IMG/VR virus record: IMGVR_UViG_3300008255_000278
Location: 1-35,391 of that record
Length of the DNA stretch: 35,391 nucleotides
Source: a virus
Lineage: Duplodnaviria; Caudoviricetes
Direction: 5' to 3' (one strand)
Below the pieces are notes generated by a model, which saw only the letters and a program-made list of their open reading frames with translations, made no database searches and had not been told where the DNA came from. A program made the position numbers and the translations under genes. The first letter of the stretch is position 1. Every line of letters starts with the position of its first letter. Positions 32,864 through 35,391 of this stretch are shown here, piece after piece.

Positions 32864-33882
32864 CAAAGCCAAGAATAGTTCTGACTAAACCAGATCATCT
32901 TGAAGGAGATCGTTTTCATATCTTCTGGGATAGATTGTATAAGACACTAACTACTAATTATGCTAATTGCCATATAAGAGTTTTTGCTGTTGGGGGAGGA
33001 TTGCGCGGCGCGGGTCAAGTCCGTAATTTTGTCAATAGCGAATCAGATTCATACGATCTATGTATCGCTCATCATTTAACTGCACTTTTACCAAAGACCA
33101 TTAATTACAAGATGTCGTATTTTAGTAATCTATTCCAATTTGATACGAATGGTTATGGTGCATTCTCTGCTCATTGCGATCAAAATATTCTCGAAGCTAC
33201 CAATCTTGATCAAAACATTTATGATAAGTTCTATGATCAATACATTACACGATGCATCACTGATACAAAATACTCTGAAGCAAATGCCAACCCATTAGCA
33301 CCTGAACTTCCCAAAGAATTCATATTAGTACCAATGCAAGTTGAGAACGACACTGTGATGACTTTAAAGAAGATAGGAACCGATGAACTTATCCGCCGAG
33401 CTTTATTTGTTGGCCGGGCCCTAAAGATCCCACTAGTCATAAAGCCTCATCCCAAATCTCCTCGTTCCGCGCCTCTTAATGAATTCATTAGAGGTTTGTC
33501 CAAACGTTTTCCGGGAGGGGTGTATGTTTCTACGGGCGATATCCGTCAATTGCTCGATCGTGCTAAAGCGGTATTTGTTATCAATTCAGGTGTTGGCTTC
33601 GAGGCAATGCTGCGCTTTAAGCATGTGTTTACATATGGTCGATGCGATTATCAGCAGAACACCTTCCACAACCTAAATGCTGAACGCGTTTTAGAAGCTC
33701 TTGCAGCGCCTATAGATATCGCTAGATCTAAGAGATTCCTATATAACTGGTGGCAGACTATAACTGACATGAACGACCCACAATGGGAATCGAAGATTAT
33801 ATCTGCTGTCGATGATGGTTTAGTCCGTAAATGGACCTATAATCGAGGCCCTCAGGTGCCCTTCGAGCCTTCAACCATATAA
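32860..33882 (+). CDS. KpsS/capsule-synthesis-like glycosyltransferase
   Basis: VPMQV.ND.V, IKPHP, INSGVGFEA.L..K.V..YG...Y. Confidence 0.78.
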   Translation: MTKPRIVLTKPDHLEGDRFHIFWDRLYKTLTTNYANCHIRVFAVGGGLRGAGQVRNFVNSESDSYDLCIAHHLTALLPKTINYKMSYFSNLFQFDTNGYGAFSAHCDQNILEATNLDQNIYDKFYDQYITRCITDTKYSEANANPLAPELPKEFILVPMQVENDTVMTLKKIGTDELIRRALFVGRALKIPLVIKPHPKSPRSAPLNEFIRGLSKRFPGGVYVSTGDIRQLLDRAKAVFVINSGVGFEAMLRFKHVFTYGRCDYQQNTFHNLNAERVLEALAAPIDIARSKRFLYNWWQTITDMNDPQWESKIISAVDDGLVRKWTYNRGPQVPFEPSTI

Positions 33883-33974
33883 CCACCCTCTCTTTTCGTT
33901 TAAGTGTCTCCAGAGCCCTCCCGTGAGCATCTACGACTAGCTCTATCAACCACTCACATTATTATGAAAATAAT

Positions 33975-34005
33975 GGTGTACATTTGGTCCCAACTGTAGT
34001 AGTAT
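33975..34005 (+). promoter_or_regulatory. Early-type promoter
   Basis: GGTGTACA-N17-TAGTAT. Confidence 0.75.
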
Positions 34006-34036
34006 AGATCTAGATTTTTGAATAGGAGATAGAAGA

Positions 34037-34597
34037 ATGGCTATATTATTTACTGCAGATTCACACCACGGTCACCCGAGTATTCTAGACCACGCGAAGC
34101 GGCAATTTGCCTCGCATGAGAAGATGTCGTCAGTTTTGATCAAGAATGCTAACATGCGGTGCAAGCCGGGCGACCAGCTGTTGCATGTTGGAGATTTTAT
34201 GAACTACGGTTTGAACAAGGGCATTGAAGGTGACCGGCGTAAGCCATCGTTCTATGAGGAGCAGTATAACGCTCCGATTGTCCATATTCTGGGCAATCAC
34301 GATGAGAACAATGGAGTTAAGTTTGGTTTGACTTCAGCACGGATGCAGATCGGTAAAATGCGAGCGCTAGTTCAGCATGAGCCTATCCGTGAAGTTAGCA
34401 TGCATCTTAACTATGATATTGTTATTTGCGGCCATGTTCATTTGGCTTGGAAGACGAAGTGGGTTGGCCACATCCTGTGCATCAACGTTGGTGTTGATCA
34501 GTGGCGGTATAATCCTGTTACTGTGCAGGATATTATTGCGTTGTGCGATAAAGAATGCAGAAATTATTCTAAATCGCGTCAGAGCCCTTATAAATAG
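34037..34597 (+). CDS. Calcineurin-like metallophosphoesterase
   Basis: D.H.GH, GDF, GNHD, H.P, GHVH, NVGVD; AGGAG SD. Confidence 0.9.
   Translation: MAILFTADSHHGHPSILDHAKRQFASHEKMSSVLIKNANMRCKPGDQLLHVGDFMNYGLNKGIEGDRRKPSFYEEQYNAPIVHILGNHDENNGVKFGLTSARMQIGKMRALVQHEPIREVSMHLNYDIVICGHVHLAWKTKWVGHILCINVGVDQWRYNPVTVQDIIALCDKECRNYSKSRQSPYK
34589..34596 (+). promoter_or_regulatory. Possible late promoter upstream of tRNA cluster
   Basis: TATAAATA at the phosphoesterase stop. Confidence 0.5.
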
Positions 34598-34642
34598 CGC
34601 TGGCGAGCAGCATTGTGTAGTTTAGAGAAAATTGAAAATGAA

Positions 34643-34673
34643 GGTGTACAGAATGAAGCGGACATGGTAGTAT
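34643..34673 (+). promoter_or_regulatory. Early-type promoter (tRNA-Ile)
   Basis: GGTGTACA-N17-TAGTAT. Confidence 0.75.
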
Positions 34674-34704
34674 TATAGAGTTTTCTGAAGTAGATTAGTA
34701 TTAG

Positions 34705-34780
34705 CCGCGTGTAGTATAAAAGTTAATTACTCCTGTCTGATACACAGAGAAAGGTGGAGCGTTACCACCCATGCGGACCA
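34705..34780 (+). tRNA. tRNA-Ile(GAT), atypical T-loop
   Basis: Acceptor CCGCGTG/CATGCGG, A-CCA end; loop CT-GAT-AC; T arm GGTGG-AGCGTTA-CCACC. Confidence 0.8.
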
Positions 34781-34789
34781 GAAAATAAC

Positions 34790-34820
34790 GGTGTACAAAG
34801 AGAACAGATTGTGTTAGTAT
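34790..34820 (+). promoter_or_regulatory. Early-type promoter (tRNA-like RNA)
   Basis: GGTGTACA-N17-TAGTAT. Confidence 0.75.
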
Positions 34821-34830
34821 AGTAGAGTTT

Positions 34831-34904
34831 GGTGGGGTAGCTCAATGTTAGAGTAGGGCCGGATACCGGCTCGGATGGAAGTGTGATTCTTCCCCCTGCC
34901 ACCA
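34831..34904 (+). ncRNA. tRNA-like RNA with sealed anticodon arm
   Basis: Acceptor GGTGGGG/CCCTGCC, A-CCA end; D arm GCTC/GAGT; arm GGGCCGG-ATA-CCGGCTC; T arm GGAAG-TGTGATT-CTTCC. Confidence 0.75.
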
Positions 34905-34913
34905 GAATTTAGC

Positions 34914-34944
34914 GGTGTACAAACACTGCAAACTGTGATATAAT
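34914..34944 (+). promoter_or_regulatory. Early-type promoter (tRNA operon)
   Basis: GGTGTACA-N17-TATAAT. Confidence 0.8.
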
Positions 34945-34992
34945 GTTGCAGTGTAGATGAGTCTTTGATAATTGAATAGTGTTGGTTTTGAT

Positions 34993-35069
34993 TGCGGGGT
35001 GGACTGGAGAAGCTCCAGCACGGTCTCATAAGCCGTCCGAGGTAGGAGCGTTACCTACCCCCGCAACCA
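34993..35069 (+). tRNA. tRNA-Met(CAT), possibly initiator-derived, atypical D and T loops
   Basis: TGCGGGG/CCCCGCA, A-CCA end; ACGGT-CTCATAA-GCCGT; T loop AGCGTTA. Confidence 0.82.
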
Positions 35070-35073
35070 TTTT

Positions 35074-35148
35074 GCCTCTTTGGTGAAACGGATATCACAT
35101 CAGGCTACGAACCTGACGTTGTAAGTTCGAGTCTTACAGGAGGCACCA
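35074..35148 (+). tRNA. tRNA-Arg(ACG)
   Basis: GCCTCTT/AGGAGGC; TCAGG-CTACGAA-CCTGA; TTCGAGT loop; CCA. Confidence 0.92.
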
Positions 35149-35154
35149 TTTTCC

Positions 35155-35232
35155 GCGGCTGTGGTGTTTAACGGTTTAGCATGACTGACCTCCACTCAGT
35201 TGGTCTGAGTTCGAATCTCAGTAGCCGCACCA
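35155..35232 (+). tRNA. tRNA-Gly(TCC) with C33
   Basis: GCGGCTG/TAGCCGC; ACTGA-CCTCCAC-TCAGT; TTCGAAT loop; A-CCA. Confidence 0.85.
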
Positions 35233-35289
35233 TTTAGTCTTAGCATCCCTTCCTTACTAATTTAGTTTAATAGGCGCTAGGACATTCTT

Positions 35290-35366
35290 GCTCCCGTAGT
35301 TTATAGTGAGTAAAATTCTAGATTCTCAATCTAGAGAACCGAGTTCGACCCTCGGGGGGAGTACCA
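35290..35366 (+). tRNA. tRNA-Glu(CTC)
   Basis: GCTCCCG/GGGGAGT (one mismatch); CTAGA-TTCTCAA-TCTAG; TTCGACC loop; CCA. Confidence 0.85.
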
Positions 35367-35373
35367 TTTTAAA

Positions 35374-35391
35374 GCGCGCGTGGCTGAGTGA
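35374..35391 (+). tRNA. 5' end of a further tRNA, cut by window edge
   Basis: GCGCGCG-TG-GCTGAGTG matches the acceptor 5' strand and the start of a D arm. Confidence 0.5.

Noticed and set aside
34643-34944. Regularly recurring GGTGTACA as a possible CRISPR or repeat array
   Set aside because: Only 8 nt are conserved, each followed by a -10 box at 17 nt; these are promoters.
249-35029. Numerous minus-strand ORFs in the track
   Set aside because: All are shadows of well-supported plus-strand genes or tRNAs, with no motifs or SD sites.

Overview
A 35 kb segment of a T4-like myovirus genome with every credible gene on the + strand. From left to right: (1) a GC-richer, decaying accessory fragment (1-640); (2) signal-peptide, lipoprotein, virion-associated and possible lysis genes (660-4693); (3) the T4 core gp13-14-15-16-17-18-19-20-(67)-21-22-23-3-uvsY-uvsW-55-HNH-47-46; (4) four enzyme-like genes that each begin with a T4 internal-protein-style 10-residue capsid-targeting peptide (nuclease-like, ligase-like, ART-like, HIGH nucleotidyltransferase); (5) two KpsS-like glycosyltransferases and a metallophosphoesterase; (6) a tRNA cluster. 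The terminase large subunit carries two inteins. One is contiguous and sits in Walker A. The other is an atypically split intein just before Walker B, whose short N-half is fused in frame to a GIY-YIG endonuclease that also has its own late promoter. The tRNA cluster includes a separately promoted tRNA-like RNA whose anticodon loop is sealed by base pairing. Other oddities are a promoter pointing antisense into the uvsW region with no gene downstream, six TATAAATA-N5-ATG (probably leaderless) starts, and an apparent ATT start for gp46. All assignments come from motif recognition by eye; no database search was run.
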